A DNA stretch of 64,000 bases from Ferruginibacter sp. (GTDB lineage Bacteria > Bacteroidota > Bacteroidia > Chitinophagales > Chitinophagaceae): NCBI GenBank assembly GCA_047600665.1, contig JASGKJ010000003.1, positions 1,794,590-1,858,589 of the forward strand, read 5' to 3'. Both the position numbers and the translations under genes were made by a program. This document shows, piece after piece, positions 20,971 through 31,351 of this stretch. Positions within the stretch are counted from its first letter, which is position 1; every line of letters begins with the position of its first letter. The notes beneath the pieces were generated by a model. It searched no databases and was not told where the DNA came from. It saw nothing but the letters and a program-made list of their open reading frames with translations.

Positions 20971-23319
20971 TTAGAATTCTATCTTATAGCTCAGGTTGGG
21001 TACAATGAGGGCTTCCTGGTTCACCTCCACCCGTTGTTTGATAAAATTGTACCGGTGGCCGTAAAACTCCTGCTGGCTCGTGGCATTAATGATCTTTAAT
21101 GCCCACTCATGCGATGACCTTTTTTTATTTTTTTTATAGGTAAATGTAAAATGGGTGAACAATAATGGATCTGTACTTTTTTCAAATGCATGCATTGCGT
21201 CATACACAATATCCTGTTTTGCTATAGAAGCTGTTTCATTCACGGGAATGTAATGATCACCACCCTGGTAACTGATACGCAGGTTCAGTCCCACCACATT
21301 TTTATTTTCCCTTCCCACATACCATTCTTTACCGGCAAGTACATTAAATAAATAATTCCTGTTGAAACGGGTATTTCTCCACACACCATCACCACCTTTA
21401 TATTTTGAATCAAATACTGAAGTGCTTACAAGATAATAAAAACCCCGGGTCAAATATTTTTCTATTGTAATGTCGATACCCATATTTCTTCCTTTACCCG
21501 TGTTTTGTAATTTTTTATCCAGGAACCAGTCATTTTCTAAATTGATAAAAGAATACGAGCTGTCGGCTATCACAGGCACATTGAACAATTGCTGGTAATA
21601 GGGTTCAATTTTTATATGCATGCTTTGAGAAATATTCCAATCATAACTCAATACAAAATGGTGTGCTTTTGTAAAATCAAGGTTTTTATTATGCAGCTCG
21701 TTGCTGCCGGTAGATGGCTTAGTGAAATAATAATTCAGTCTTTCCAGCCTGCTGTGCAGCCCATAGGCAAAGCCTAAAGAATGGCCATCAGTTAACTGGT
21801 ATTTTAACCCCAGCCTCGGCTCCACGCCGTAATGACCATTCAATGTAAACCATTGAGCATTTATACCAGCATTAAACAACACTGAAGAAGATAACCTGAA
21901 AGAAGAACTGCTGTAAACATTCAGCAGCATGCTGTTTCCTTTTTCATTTACAATAGTTGACAAGGGTGTGCCGGAAGGATTTGCTTCTTTCAGTAAAAGA
22001 TTGTAAACCATATTCGTTACTGTTATACCTGTTTTGTTGGTATGCACTGCACTGAATTTTGTATTGATATAGCTTGACAGGATAATATTACCGGTTGTAT
22101 TCTTTATTACATTTTGCGGCAGCAGTTTTTTATCAAGACTGTTCATCCTGTCTGTTACCATATGTAACCCGTTAGCAGTAGCAGCGATCGTGGTTTTAAC
22201 ATGCATGTTCTTATTAAAGAAATACTTGTGGCCGATACCGGCAGCCATCATGTATTGTTTTACATCCTGTTGTTCCATATCCTGCTGGTATTCCCATTTG
22301 GTTGTATCTTTTTCAACATCTGCTCCCGACCTGTCAACCAGGCCAATACCCCATACAGAAAATGTACCTGCCTTTTTTGTGGGAAAATTCAGTTTAAATG
22401 AAAGATCCTGGTAGGTGGTGCCACCTGCATCATCCGGCATAAGGGATGACAACATGCCTAAAGTAGAATAACGGTAATTAAAAAGATAGGAGGATGATTT
22501 ACTTTTTTTAAAAGGGCCTTCCATGGCAGCATCAATACCAAGCAATCCCATTTGAAGCGTTGTTTCTTTTCGCTCGTTATTACCTTTCCGCATGTTCATA
22601 TCAAATACACCTGCCAGTGCATTACCATATTCTGCCGGGAATGCTCCTGTAAAAAAATCAGAGTTGGCGAGTAACTGGCTGCTCAGTCCCGTTAAACCAC
22701 CACCACCAAAAGTTGCCAGGTCTGCAAAGTGATTGGGGTTGGGTATTTCCACACCTTCCATTTTCCATTGCAACAGGCGTGGTGAGTTACCCCGGATGAC
22801 GATACCATTATTGGCAACATTGCTTGCAACACCTGCAAAAGAAGATGCCAGCCTTGCATAGTCATCGAAACCACCGGCAAATCGCCTGGCCTCTTCCACG
22901 CTGAACATCCGGGCACTGGCCACTGCCATACTATTAAGCGGTTTACTTTTATTGACCTGTGGTTTTACCACTATCATCTCCAGAGAAGCATTTTTTTCTT
23001 TCAGGTAAACAGAAACGACTGTTTCCTTACCGGCATCCACTACTACTTCTTTGATAATTTCTGTTTTGTAACCAACCAGGGAAACTTCCATATCGTACCT
23101 TCCTACAGGAACACTTGATAATTTGAAATTACCAGCACTATCAGACACTGTCTTTTTTACAGCTGCTGTGCCTGATAATAACTTAATGGAGGCAAAAGTT
23201 CCGGGCCCCTTTGACGCATCATCTTCCACCGTACCCCGGATGGTTTGCGTGATAGGCTGGGCGAAAACATTAAACTGAAAACAAAGTGATACTGAAATGA
23301 TCATGGCTTTAATACGCAT
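20971..23319 (-). CDS. TonB-dependent receptor with carboxypeptidase-regulatory-like N-terminal domain
   Basis: Signal peptide, plug IVIRGNSP...EGVEIPNPNH, FFTGAFPAEYGNALAGVFD, C-terminal YKIEF. No susD follows. Confidence 0.88.
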   Translation of the reverse strand: MRIKAMIISVSLCFQFNVFAQPITQTIRGTVEDDASKGPGTFASIKLLSGTAAVKKTVSDSAGNFKLSSVPVGRYDMEVSLVGYKTEIIKEVVVDAGKETVVSVYLKEKNASLEMIVVKPQVNKSKPLNSMAVASARMFSVEEARRFAGGFDDYARLASSFAGVASNVANNGIVIRGNSPRLLQWKMEGVEIPNPNHFADLATFGGGGLTGLSSQLLANSDFFTGAFPAEYGNALAGVFDMNMRKGNNERKETTLQMGLLGIDAAMEGPFKKSKSSSYLFNYRYSTLGMLSSLMPDDAGGTTYQDLSFKLNFPTKKAGTFSVWGIGLVDRSGADVEKDTTKWEYQQDMEQQDVKQYMMAAGIGHKYFFNKNMHVKTTIAATANGLHMVTDRMNSLDKKLLPQNVIKNTTGNIILSSYINTKFSAVHTNKTGITVTNMVYNLLLKEANPSGTPLSTIVNEKGNSMLLNVYSSSSFRLSSSVLFNAGINAQWFTLNGHYGVEPRLGLKYQLTDGHSLGFAYGLHSRLERLNYYFTKPSTGSNELHNKNLDFTKAHHFVLSYDWNISQSMHIKIEPYYQQLFNVPVIADSSYSFINLENDWFLDKKLQNTGKGRNMGIDITIEKYLTRGFYYLVSTSVFDSKYKGGDGVWRNTRFNRNYLFNVLAGKEWYVGRENKNVVGLNLRISYQGGDHYIPVNETASIAKQDIVYDAMHAFEKSTDPLLFTHFTFTYKKNKKRSSHEWALKIINATSQQEFYGHRYNFIKQRVEVNQEALIVPNLSYKIEF

Positions 23320-23486
23320 ACAATTAATTTTTTAGCAAAATTGCATGCTGGCAATGCCCGAAATGTTCCGGTTTATATTACAGCACCTGTTCGTTGTAAT
23401 TAAAAACAATCAATCCATTATCAATTGATTTTCAAATATCTAAAACTAAAATGTCCCAGGTTTTATAAACTTGAACCTGTTCAATC

Positions 23487-24596
23487 TTATAAACCTGAAC
23501 GCTCTTTTTTAAATTCTGAGGGTGTTTTACTGGTGATTTTCTTAAAGGTGGTGTTGAAAGATGTTTTCGAATTAAAACCGGATTCAAATGCGATGCCCAG
23601 GATGGACAAATTATTTTTTTCATTGTTGCTTAGCAGGTCTTTAGCTTTTGCCACCCGGTATGTATTGATGTATTGAAAAAAATTTTCATTGAACCCGGTA
23701 TTGATAAGATAGGATAACTGGTGGGAACTGATGGACATCATGTCAGCCAGTTTAACCAGGTTCAGTTCACTGTCGAGGTAAGGCTCCTGCTTTGTCATCA
23801 GCCGGGTAAGCCGATCTTTTAGGCCGTCAATATCCTCATCCGCTACAATTTTTCTTTTGGGATCAGGTTCGGGAGGCTCCTCGTTAAAGGCAATCAGTTC
23901 TGTTCTTTCTTTTTCGTTGGCAGGATAGATCTCTTTTTGTTTTAGTGAATAGTAAGCAATAAAGAAAACAGCCAGCAGTTCGATAAAATTTATATAAACA
24001 TTGGGCGCGGGCATATCATTCAAAAAACTGTAAGATGCAAACAAAAGGCTTGTTGTAAACAGGATGATGATGATCCTTTCCAGCCAGCTAAGATCAATTG
24101 CTGCCGTATCAGAAGAGAATAACTGTACATTTTTCTGGTGCCGCCGGATTTTGAGAAAAGCCACCGTTGTGTACAGCACAGACTGAAAAATGATAACAGC
24201 TGCCGCCAGTGCATAGAGCAGTTTGCTGCTGCCTGGATTAAAGAACTGCAGCAGTTTAATAACAAGATAAATGCCCGGTATGATAAAATGTTTGAGATCC
24301 GTAAAATGGAACTTGTAATTGGGATTTATATAAAATACGATGCTGAGATAAAAGAAAACAGATAAATAGATCTGCAGGTAATGTACAAACTCAGCAAAAT
24401 AATTGTTAAGCGACAGGTTTGACATAAGAACTATTTCTTCCATCCAGAAAGATGCCCATGCAAGCAGGAACAGCGCAAACCAGAAGTTGGCCTTTTTATT
24501 TACATTATAAGGATTGGAAAATTTTAAGAATGCCAGTAATATAAGTGCGCCAAACACAATTATTACAACCAGTGAATTCAGGTTTTCTGCATTCAT
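23487..24596 (-). CDS. Membrane-anchored AraC family transcriptional regulator
   Basis: About 7 hydrophobic N-terminal segments; C-terminal YLDSELNL...NFFQYINTYRV...IAFESGFNSKTSFNTTFKK. Confidence 0.93.
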   Translation of the reverse strand: MNAENLNSLVVIIVFGALILLAFLKFSNPYNVNKKANFWFALFLLAWASFWMEEIVLMSNLSLNNYFAEFVHYLQIYLSVFFYLSIVFYINPNYKFHFTDLKHFIIPGIYLVIKLLQFFNPGSSKLLYALAAAVIIFQSVLYTTVAFLKIRRHQKNVQLFSSDTAAIDLSWLERIIIILFTTSLLFASYSFLNDMPAPNVYINFIELLAVFFIAYYSLKQKEIYPANEKERTELIAFNEEPPEPDPKRKIVADEDIDGLKDRLTRLMTKQEPYLDSELNLVKLADMMSISSHQLSYLINTGFNENFFQYINTYRVAKAKDLLSNNEKNNLSILGIAFESGFNSKTSFNTTFKKITSKTPSEFKKERSGL

Positions 24597-24861
24597 TTTT
24601 TAGTAAGGCTTAATGATCGTAAGGTGGTTAAACTACAGATGAAAGTAAAAATAAAAGTTGATGATGCATAAAAAGAAAATAGCTGCAGGATACCTTATCT
24701 CACACTAACGGATATGTGGATTTTACTATCGGCTAATCTCCTGCAAACGTTTGTTAAATAATTTTTCGATTGAAATTTTCTAAATATTGGGCAATCAGGG
24801 AGTTCTGCAATACTAAAATAAATATTACGCCGTTTAAACTGCCATAACAATCTATATTCCT

Positions 24862-27800
24862 ATGGCAACTGCATCCATGCATGGGTTGCAACAAAAGGTA
24901 ATTCTTTTAAAGAATACAATTACTCAATGTTGTACCAGCAAAAGATCACTTTTATTTACAGCTGTTCTTGTTGCAAGTAAAATATCCCTGGCACAATCCC
25001 CAACTATTACAAGTTTCAGTCCTTCGCAGGCCTCAGCGGGTACCAGCATTACCATAAATGGAACAAATTTTACAGGTACTACGGCTGTAAGCTTTGGTGG
25101 TGCTGCAGCCGCTTCTTTTATTATAAATTCGTCAACGAAAATTACAGCGGTGCTTGGTTACGGATCTTCAGGAACTGTGGTGGTAACTAACGGTAGCGGA
25201 TCAGCGAATCTTGCAGGCTTTTATTACCAGTCGCTTAACAGGATCATTACGGATTTTGGTGGCTACTGGTCATCCTCGCTTACATCAACCAATTCAACAA
25301 AGCCTGACAGTTCACACAACCTGCTGGCATTTCGCTATAATAATATCATTTATTCAACCGGCGCCAACGATGCTAAGCTCACCGCCAATGGAGTAAGCTT
25401 TACAGCATCTACATTCAGGGCACTACCGGTGGCGGGTATAGCAGGAAATAACCCCGGCGGAAGTGTTTACCTCGCCCTGGCAAAAAAAGTGGATGGGAGT
25501 GCCAATGTGGCCAACCCGGCAACAGTTTCAGGTGTAACATTAAGATCGGCGCTCACAGATGGCGCTAATGGTCTTGACCTCGGAACAGGATTTACCAACC
25601 TTCCCTCCTCAGCTAATCTTACTTTTAATGTATACAGCATTGATACAACCAAGATCAGCGATGCAGAACCGGATATTGTACTGACCCAAATTGCCCAGCC
25701 GGTAAGTGGTAATGATATTTTCAGCCTGGTGGATGCATCCGGAACATTAGTAGGAAATACAGTTACACAGGATATGACCCTGCTGAATCCTTTTGGCACC
25801 TACGACCTGGACCTTTTCAACCTTACACCCAATGCACCATTCAATACAGCAACGGCCTATTCAGCAGCCAGCACCAACACCAACAGGGAAATACGGCTGG
25901 TCGCATTAAAGCTTTCAGATTTTGGCATCAACAGCAGCAATTACACACAGGTGAAAATGCTGAAAATATCCCCCAGCACCAATAGTGACTATGCATTTAT
26001 TGCCTATAACACAAGCTCACTGAATATGCCACCAAACATTACTCAAAATACCAATGCAACAAACAGCACTGTTTGCAGTGGCGGTACAGCAGGTATGGAG
26101 GTTATAGCAACGGCAGCAGCGGGTGGTTCACTAACTTATAGCTGGGAACTGTCAACCAATGGTGGCTCAAGCTGGAGTACAGTAACAGACGGAGGTTCTG
26201 TATCAGGTGCTTCAACAAAAAGACTTACTGTAACAGGTCCTGTCAACGCCTCACAATACCGGGCCACAGTAACAGAATCAGGGTCAAATTTAAGTTCCAC
26301 AAGTTCGGTCTTTACCATTACGGTGAATGCGCCTACGGCACCTACGGCAGTTTCTATATCTGGCGGCGCCACTGTGTGCCGTTATAATGCTTTGCAACTA
26401 ACGTCATCGGTTACGGGCGGAAGTAACTTATACTATCAATGGCAATCAGCAGCCAGTTCCGGAGGCCCTTACACAGATATTACAGGAGCTAACTCCTCCA
26501 CTTATCTTCCCCCTGTTTCAGCAACAGGCACCTGGTATTACAGGTTAAGGGTAAGCAGCGGCAGCGGTTGCGCAGGTTCTGTTACCTCTTCAAGCCAGAC
26601 AGTAACGGTTACGGGTATTGCTTCTGTAACACCTAACTATAATTGTGGTAGCGGGGCAGTTACTTTATCTGCAGTGGCAACCAGCGGCACCATCGACTGG
26701 TATACAGTTGATGGGGGTGGCAGCTCGCTGTATACAGGTAATAGCTATACGACTCCGTCTATTTCAACAACAACAACTTATTATGCAACTGCCAGTGGTT
26801 GCAGTTCGGCCATAAGAGAACCGGTAACGGCTACCATTTATGCAGCCGGGCAATGGACAGGCGGAACATCAGGTGACTGGAATATAGCAGGTAACTGGTG
26901 CGGCGGCATACCCACTTCATCCAGCAATGTTGTAATCCCTGCAGGATCTGTTGTAACGATACAGTCAGCCAACGCAGTGGCCAACTCAATCAATATAAAC
27001 AGTGGCGGCAGCCTTGTAATGACAGGCGCTTATAACCTGGGCATTACAGCCGGCGGCAGCTTTATAAATAATGGTACCTATACCGCCAGCGGCAGTACAG
27101 GTACTGTTGCATTCCTTGGTGCAGGTACCGTAAGCGGCACCACCACTTTTAAAAACATTGATGCATATGGTGCTTTAAATTTTGGCACAGCCAGTACCGT
27201 TAGTGGCACATTCAGCCTGCAAACGGGCGGCAGTGTAACAGGCAATTCGCCTTATTATACATGTCCTGCTTCTGTATTGTTATACAAACCTGGTGCTGTT
27301 TTTACCAGGGGACTTGAATGGACCAACGCAGTATCGGGTGCAGGATATCCTTCAAACGTATACCTGCAGAATAACACTACAGTAAATTTCCCTGGTGCAG
27401 GTGCAGGATATATTTGCAATGATCTCCAGATTGAATCTGGCTCATCATTACGGCAGGATTATTCAGGTGGCAGTGCAGCTTTAAGAGTAGGAAGAAATGT
27501 AACTATTGGAGGAACACTTTCGCTTGGCAGCAGCAGCGGCGGTGATATATATGTAGGCGGCAACTGGACAAGAAACAGCAATGGTGTCTTTAATGCCAAT
27601 AACAGGATCGTAACATTTGACGGACCAACTAATTTCAGTGGCAACGGAACATCAATGAGTACTGTCAGTGCACCCGCTTCTTCTGCAAAAGACAATGAAG
27701 GCGGCTTTGGCGGAGAAAAGTTTGCGCACTTATGGGTAAACAAAACAAATACTACCGACTCTGTGGTCTTGTTATCTAATATCACTGTTACAAGAGAAGT

Positions 27801-29736
27801 TGGTTTTACAAGAGGTACTTTCAGTTTACGCAACAGTGATGTAACGCTGGTATCCAACAGCAGTCGCACAGCAGATATTGCTCCCATAACAAATACAGCC
27901 AATATAAGTATGCGTTATGGAGGTTCCGGCAGGTTTGTGGTACAACGCTATATACCTAATCCAACCAACACCCGTTCGTGGAGGTTGCTTACTGCACCAC
28001 TACAAAGCACCGGTGCACCTTCTGTAAATACAGCATGGCAGGAAGGCGTGGTAAACCCGGATAAAACAAAACCCAATGACAGCAGTGGTATTTTTAATCC
28101 TTGGCCTGGCTATGGCACACATATCACCGGTCCCGGTGGAGCATACAGTTTAACAAACGGTTTTGACCAGGGTACCAACAGCGCATCTATATTGTATGCC
28201 GGTTCAGACTTAGCATGGACTGCGCCAGCATCCACCACCAGTTCTAAAATAACAGACCACCAGGGATGGATGCTGTTTATACGTGGAGACAGGAGCTTTA
28301 CTATCGGCACCCAGTACACGCCTGCGCAAAACACCACCCTTGAGCCAAAAGGGAGGATAAACATCGGCAATGTTTCTGTACATGCTGATGCCGGCAAACA
28401 GGTAATAGGCAACCCTTATGCGTCTGCCATAAGCCTGCTGAATGTGAGCGTGGCCGGTTCACCCGGCAGCAGCAGCACTTATTATATGTGGGATCCTAAA
28501 ATGTACACTTCGTATACTCAGCCGGGTAAGTGGGTAACGTTTACCGGTGTAGGCTCAGGATTTGTGCAAACAACCAGCGAAAGTGCTTATGCATCTGATG
28601 GCAATATCGAATCTGGCCAGGCATTTATACTTGATGTGCCAACAGCCGGCAATATTATTTTTCATGAAAGTGATAAAAAAGCGTTGAGCAGCAGCCTTAT
28701 TGGTATAACAAACCCCACCAGCGCAAGACCTGCCGCCAACAATTTTGCAATGCTCCGGTCAGATATCTATGTTGATAACGGCGCAGGCTATAAAGTAACA
28801 GATGGCGTACTGAGCATTTACAACGGCGATTATGAAAACGCAGTCACCGGTGCCGACGCAAAAAAAATGATCAATTTAAATACAAAAGAAAGTCTCAGTA
28901 TACTCAGGAACGATTCTGTTAAGATAGCGATTGAAAAAAGAAAAGATATACTGGTGGCAGACACCATCTTTTTTGCCACAGCAAAATTTAATGAATTACC
29001 CTACCAGTTCCGTTTTGACGCCAATGGCTTCAGCACCGGTTTGCAAGCCTGGCTGGAAGATAACTATACCGGCAACAGAACCGAATTGAATACAAACGGC
29101 ACCAGCAAGGTTGATTTCAATATAACTGCAGATGCAGGGTCGAAGGCAGCCAACAGGTTCAGGGTTGTATTTAAAAATGCAAAAGCTGCCACGCTCCCGG
29201 TATCTTTCACTAACGTAAAAGCATGGTCGCAAAATGGCAAGGTTACAGTACAGTGGAATGTGGAAAATGAGCTGAACATCCGCCAGTATGAAATTGAGCG
29301 GTCAACAGATGGCAGGACTTTTACAAAAACTGGACTGGTACCTGCCGGCGGCGCCAATACTTACAATTGGATAGATGAATATGCAACAGCTGCCGGCAAT
29401 TACTACCGGGTAGTGAGCGTGGAAGCAGGTGATAAAATGCTTTACAGCCGGGTGGTAAAAGCAGGCATTGCCGCTGCCGGTGGTAAGATCTCGTTACAGA
29501 ACAACCCGGTAACAAACGGAAATATTCAGTTCCGGTTAGAAAATATAAAACCAGGCCGTTATACCATCAACCTATATGATAACATGGGTAAAAGGGTAAT
29601 AAATAAAGAACTTGTTTATGATGGCAGAAGTTCATTTATTACCATACCTGTATCTGCTGCTACTGCAAAAGGTATTTATTATACAAGTATCACCGGCACC
29701 GGCATCTCAAAAAAGATGAAATTGATAATTGAGTAG
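24862..29736 (+). CDS. Large T9SS-secreted surface protein (IPT/TIG, Ig-like repeats, probable beta-helix, type A C-terminal sorting domain)
   Basis: SPTITSFSP...ITINGTNF (IPT); CGSGAVTLSA...WY...TTTYY (Ig-like); WTGGTSGDWNIAGNW; TLPVSFTNV; C-terminal NNPV...GRYTINLYDNMGK...KGIYY...KLIIE. Confidence 0.88.
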   Translation: MATASMHGLQQKVILLKNTITQCCTSKRSLLFTAVLVASKISLAQSPTITSFSPSQASAGTSITINGTNFTGTTAVSFGGAAAASFIINSSTKITAVLGYGSSGTVVVTNGSGSANLAGFYYQSLNRIITDFGGYWSSSLTSTNSTKPDSSHNLLAFRYNNIIYSTGANDAKLTANGVSFTASTFRALPVAGIAGNNPGGSVYLALAKKVDGSANVANPATVSGVTLRSALTDGANGLDLGTGFTNLPSSANLTFNVYSIDTTKISDAEPDIVLTQIAQPVSGNDIFSLVDASGTLVGNTVTQDMTLLNPFGTYDLDLFNLTPNAPFNTATAYSAASTNTNREIRLVALKLSDFGINSSNYTQVKMLKISPSTNSDYAFIAYNTSSLNMPPNITQNTNATNSTVCSGGTAGMEVIATAAAGGSLTYSWELSTNGGSSWSTVTDGGSVSGASTKRLTVTGPVNASQYRATVTESGSNLSSTSSVFTITVNAPTAPTAVSISGGATVCRYNALQLTSSVTGGSNLYYQWQSAASSGGPYTDITGANSSTYLPPVSATGTWYYRLRVSSGSGCAGSVTSSSQTVTVTGIASVTPNYNCGSGAVTLSAVATSGTIDWYTVDGGGSSLYTGNSYTTPSISTTTTYYATASGCSSAIREPVTATIYAAGQWTGGTSGDWNIAGNWCGGIPTSSSNVVIPAGSVVTIQSANAVANSININSGGSLVMTGAYNLGITAGGSFINNGTYTASGSTGTVAFLGAGTVSGTTTFKNIDAYGALNFGTASTVSGTFSLQTGGSVTGNSPYYTCPASVLLYKPGAVFTRGLEWTNAVSGAGYPSNVYLQNNTTVNFPGAGAGYICNDLQIESGSSLRQDYSGGSAALRVGRNVTIGGTLSLGSSSGGDIYVGGNWTRNSNGVFNANNRIVTFDGPTNFSGNGTSMSTVSAPASSAKDNEGGFGGEKFAHLWVNKTNTTDSVVLLSNITVTREVGFTRGTFSLRNSDVTLVSNSSRTADIAPITNTANISMRYGGSGRFVVQRYIPNPTNTRSWRLLTAPLQSTGAPSVNTAWQEGVVNPDKTKPNDSSGIFNPWPGYGTHITGPGGAYSLTNGFDQGTNSASILYAGSDLAWTAPASTTSSKITDHQGWMLFIRGDRSFTIGTQYTPAQNTTLEPKGRINIGNVSVHADAGKQVIGNPYASAISLLNVSVAGSPGSSSTYYMWDPKMYTSYTQPGKWVTFTGVGSGFVQTTSESAYASDGNIESGQAFILDVPTAGNIIFHESDKKALSSSLIGITNPTSARPAANNFAMLRSDIYVDNGAGYKVTDGVLSIYNGDYENAVTGADAKKMINLNTKESLSILRNDSVKIAIEKRKDILVADTIFFATAKFNELPYQFRFDANGFSTGLQAWLEDNYTGNRTELNTNGTSKVDFNITADAGSKAANRFRVVFKNAKAATLPVSFTNVKAWSQNGKVTVQWNVENELNIRQYEIERSTDGRTFTKTGLVPAGGANTYNWIDEYATAAGNYYRVVSVEAGDKMLYSRVVKAGIAAAGGKISLQNNPVTNGNIQFRLENIKPGRYTINLYDNMGKRVINKELVYDGRSSFITIPVSAATAKGIYYTSITGTGISKKMKLIIE

Positions 29737-29756
29737 ATCAGCGTTGTTATAAGTAC

Positions 29757-29797
29757 AACAAAAAAGCACTTTTCTTAAGAAAAAGTGCTTTTTTGTT
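29757..29797. terminator. Bidirectional intrinsic terminator between the T9SS gene and the tRNA
   Basis: AACAAAAAAGCACTTTT-CTTAAGA-AAAAGTGCTTTTTTGTT is a near-perfect palindrome with a U-tract on both strands. Confidence 0.8.
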
Positions 29798-29871
29798 GGT
29801 AGCCCCGACAAGAATCGAACTTGTATCTAAAGTTTAGGAAACTTCTATTCTATCCATTGAACTACAGGGCC
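29797..29871 (-). tRNA. tRNA-Arg(CCT), CCA encoded
   Basis: The minus strand reads GGCCCTG...GAAGT-TTCCTAA-ACTTT...GTTCGAT...CGGGGCT-A-CCA, which folds as a cloverleaf with anticodon CCT. Confidence 0.95.
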
Positions 29872-29880
29872 AAACATGTT

Positions 29881-29888
29881 CAAAATTA
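29881..29888 (-). promoter_or_regulatory. -7 element (TAATTTTG) for tRNA-Arg
   Basis: TAnnTTTG match 10 nt upstream of the tRNA 5' end. Confidence 0.7.
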
Positions 29889-30019
29889 CAATGGTAAATT
29901 TTGAACGGGCTGCAAAAATAAGGATTGGCACAATAGCATCCAAGATTGATTGCTCCTTTCGGCGAGAAGCTTTGCCCATATTCATTATTACACATTCATC
30001 TTTCATAACTCTGCTCCCC

Positions 30020-30027
30020 TATCTTTG
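30020..30027 (+). promoter_or_regulatory. -7 element (TATCTTTG)
   Basis: TAnnTTTG match 20 nt upstream of ATG 30047; divergent from the tRNA. Confidence 0.7.
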
Positions 30028-30046
30028 CACTCCAAATTTTACGTGT

Positions 30047-30718
30047 ATGAAATGGCTTACGCTCATCATTAAATACCGCCTCTGGCTGGGCATCCTCCTC
30101 CTGGCACTGGCAATTTTTACCAATATACAGGCTGGTTTCTGGCCTTCGTTTGTATTATACCTTGTTGCTGTAGTATTAATTGTGGGGCATTTTATTTTTG
30201 GACCTATGCGGCTGATACAGGGGCATATGGAAAATGGCGACCTGGAAGGTGCTAAAAAAGTGATTGATTCTATCTGGTTCCCCGGGCTGCTGATCAAACC
30301 GGTCCGTTCGGTTTATTATACCGTAAAGGGTAATCTTGACATGGCTAACCAGAATTTTGAAAGTGCCGAAAAACACCTTAAAAAAAGCCAGGATCTGATG
30401 AGTGGTGGTGGATTGCTGGGCGAACAGATGAAACAGGCAGAAGGTGCCAATAAGTTACAACTGGGCATGCTGGCCATGCAACGTGGCGATTCCAAATCTG
30501 CGGAAAGCTATATCAGGGCTGCTATCCGTGCAGGCTTGCCGGATAAGGAGAATGAAGCGGCGGCTTTTTTACAATTATCTTCCATCATGATCAACAAAAG
30601 GGAATTCAGGGCCGGTAAAGATTATTTCAGGAAAGCAAAGGCGCTGAAACCCACCACGCCCCAGATTGCAGACCAGATAAAACAAATGGAGAAATTTATT
30701 ACAAGGATGCCGGGGTAA
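30047..30718 (+). CDS. Membrane-anchored TPR-like hypothetical protein
   Basis: Two N-terminal TM helices followed by helical repeats (...AESYIRAA, ...GKDYFRKA). Start moved to MKWLTL because the promoter lies inside the longer ORF. Confidence 0.75.
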   Translation: MKWLTLIIKYRLWLGILLLALAIFTNIQAGFWPSFVLYLVAVVLIVGHFIFGPMRLIQGHMENGDLEGAKKVIDSIWFPGLLIKPVRSVYYTVKGNLDMANQNFESAEKHLKKSQDLMSGGGLLGEQMKQAEGANKLQLGMLAMQRGDSKSAESYIRAAIRAGLPDKENEAAAFLQLSSIMINKREFRAGKDYFRKAKALKPTTPQIADQIKQMEKFITRMPG

Positions 30719-30733
30719 GACCTAGTTTAATGT

Positions 30734-30778
30734 TTTAGAAAGTTTAGAGGTTTAGTTAGCTACTCTAAACTTTCTAAA
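30734..30778. repeat. 16-bp perfect inverted repeat built from ~9-nt TTTAG units, between convergent genes
   Basis: TTTAGAAAGTTTAGAG (30734-30749) / CTCTAAACTTTCTAAA (30763-30778), with extra CTAAAC units flanking. Confidence 0.8.
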
Positions 30779-30789
30779 CACTAAACATC

Positions 30790-31257
30790 CTAAACCTTTC
30801 CAAATAACTCCTCCACCTTCTTTCTCCTGAAATCAAATATTGCCTCCAGCTGCCTTTTTACAAATAAAGTATTGGCCAGGTCGCCCAGCAACCAATACGG
30901 TATTTTATAATGTACAATATCCGTCATCTCCACGCCACTGGAAGTTGCTTTAAAATGATGCTGGTGGTGCCATAAGCTGTAAGGCCCGTAGCGTTGCTCA
31001 TCTGTAAAATATTTTTTGTCTTCCACATGTACGATCTCGGTCATCCAGTACACTGGTATACCAAGCAAAGGCCTGAGTGTGTATTCGATCAGTTGCCCTG
31101 GGTATATTTTATCTCCATGGTATTTTGATATTACTTTAAAATCCAGCCCCGCCGGGGTTATTTGTACCAGGTTATCCGGTTTGCTGAAAAAATCCCAGGC
31201 AGTATCAACACTCACCGGCATTTGCTGCACTTTTTTAAAAGAATAAACCCTGCTCAT
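30790..31257 (-). CDS. SRPBCC (START-like) family protein
   Basis: AWDFFSKPDNL..ITP, FTDEQRYGPYSLWHHQH, MTDIVHY. Confidence 0.88.
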   Translation of the reverse strand: MSRVYSFKKVQQMPVSVDTAWDFFSKPDNLVQITPAGLDFKVISKYHGDKIYPGQLIEYTLRPLLGIPVYWMTEIVHVEDKKYFTDEQRYGPYSLWHHQHHFKATSSGVEMTDIVHYKIPYWLLGDLANTLFVKRQLEAIFDFRRKKVEELFGKV

Positions 31258-31351
31258 AAATATTTGTATGTATAACAGGCTAAGCCGCTTTTTGTTAAGG
31301 AAATGATTTGATTAACTTCGCCGCACAAAATCTCATTCCATACTATTACAT

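Noticed and set aside
29797-29871. tRNA-Arg as an island integration site
   Set aside because: No duplicate of its 3' end and no integrase were seen, and a terminator follows immediately.
29876-30046. Long N-terminal extensions given by the ORF track (also 7666-7755, 11314-11376, 38083-38112, 42120-42155)
   Set aside because: They overlap promoters, repeats or neighbouring genes, and downstream ATGs give normal signal peptides or N-termini.
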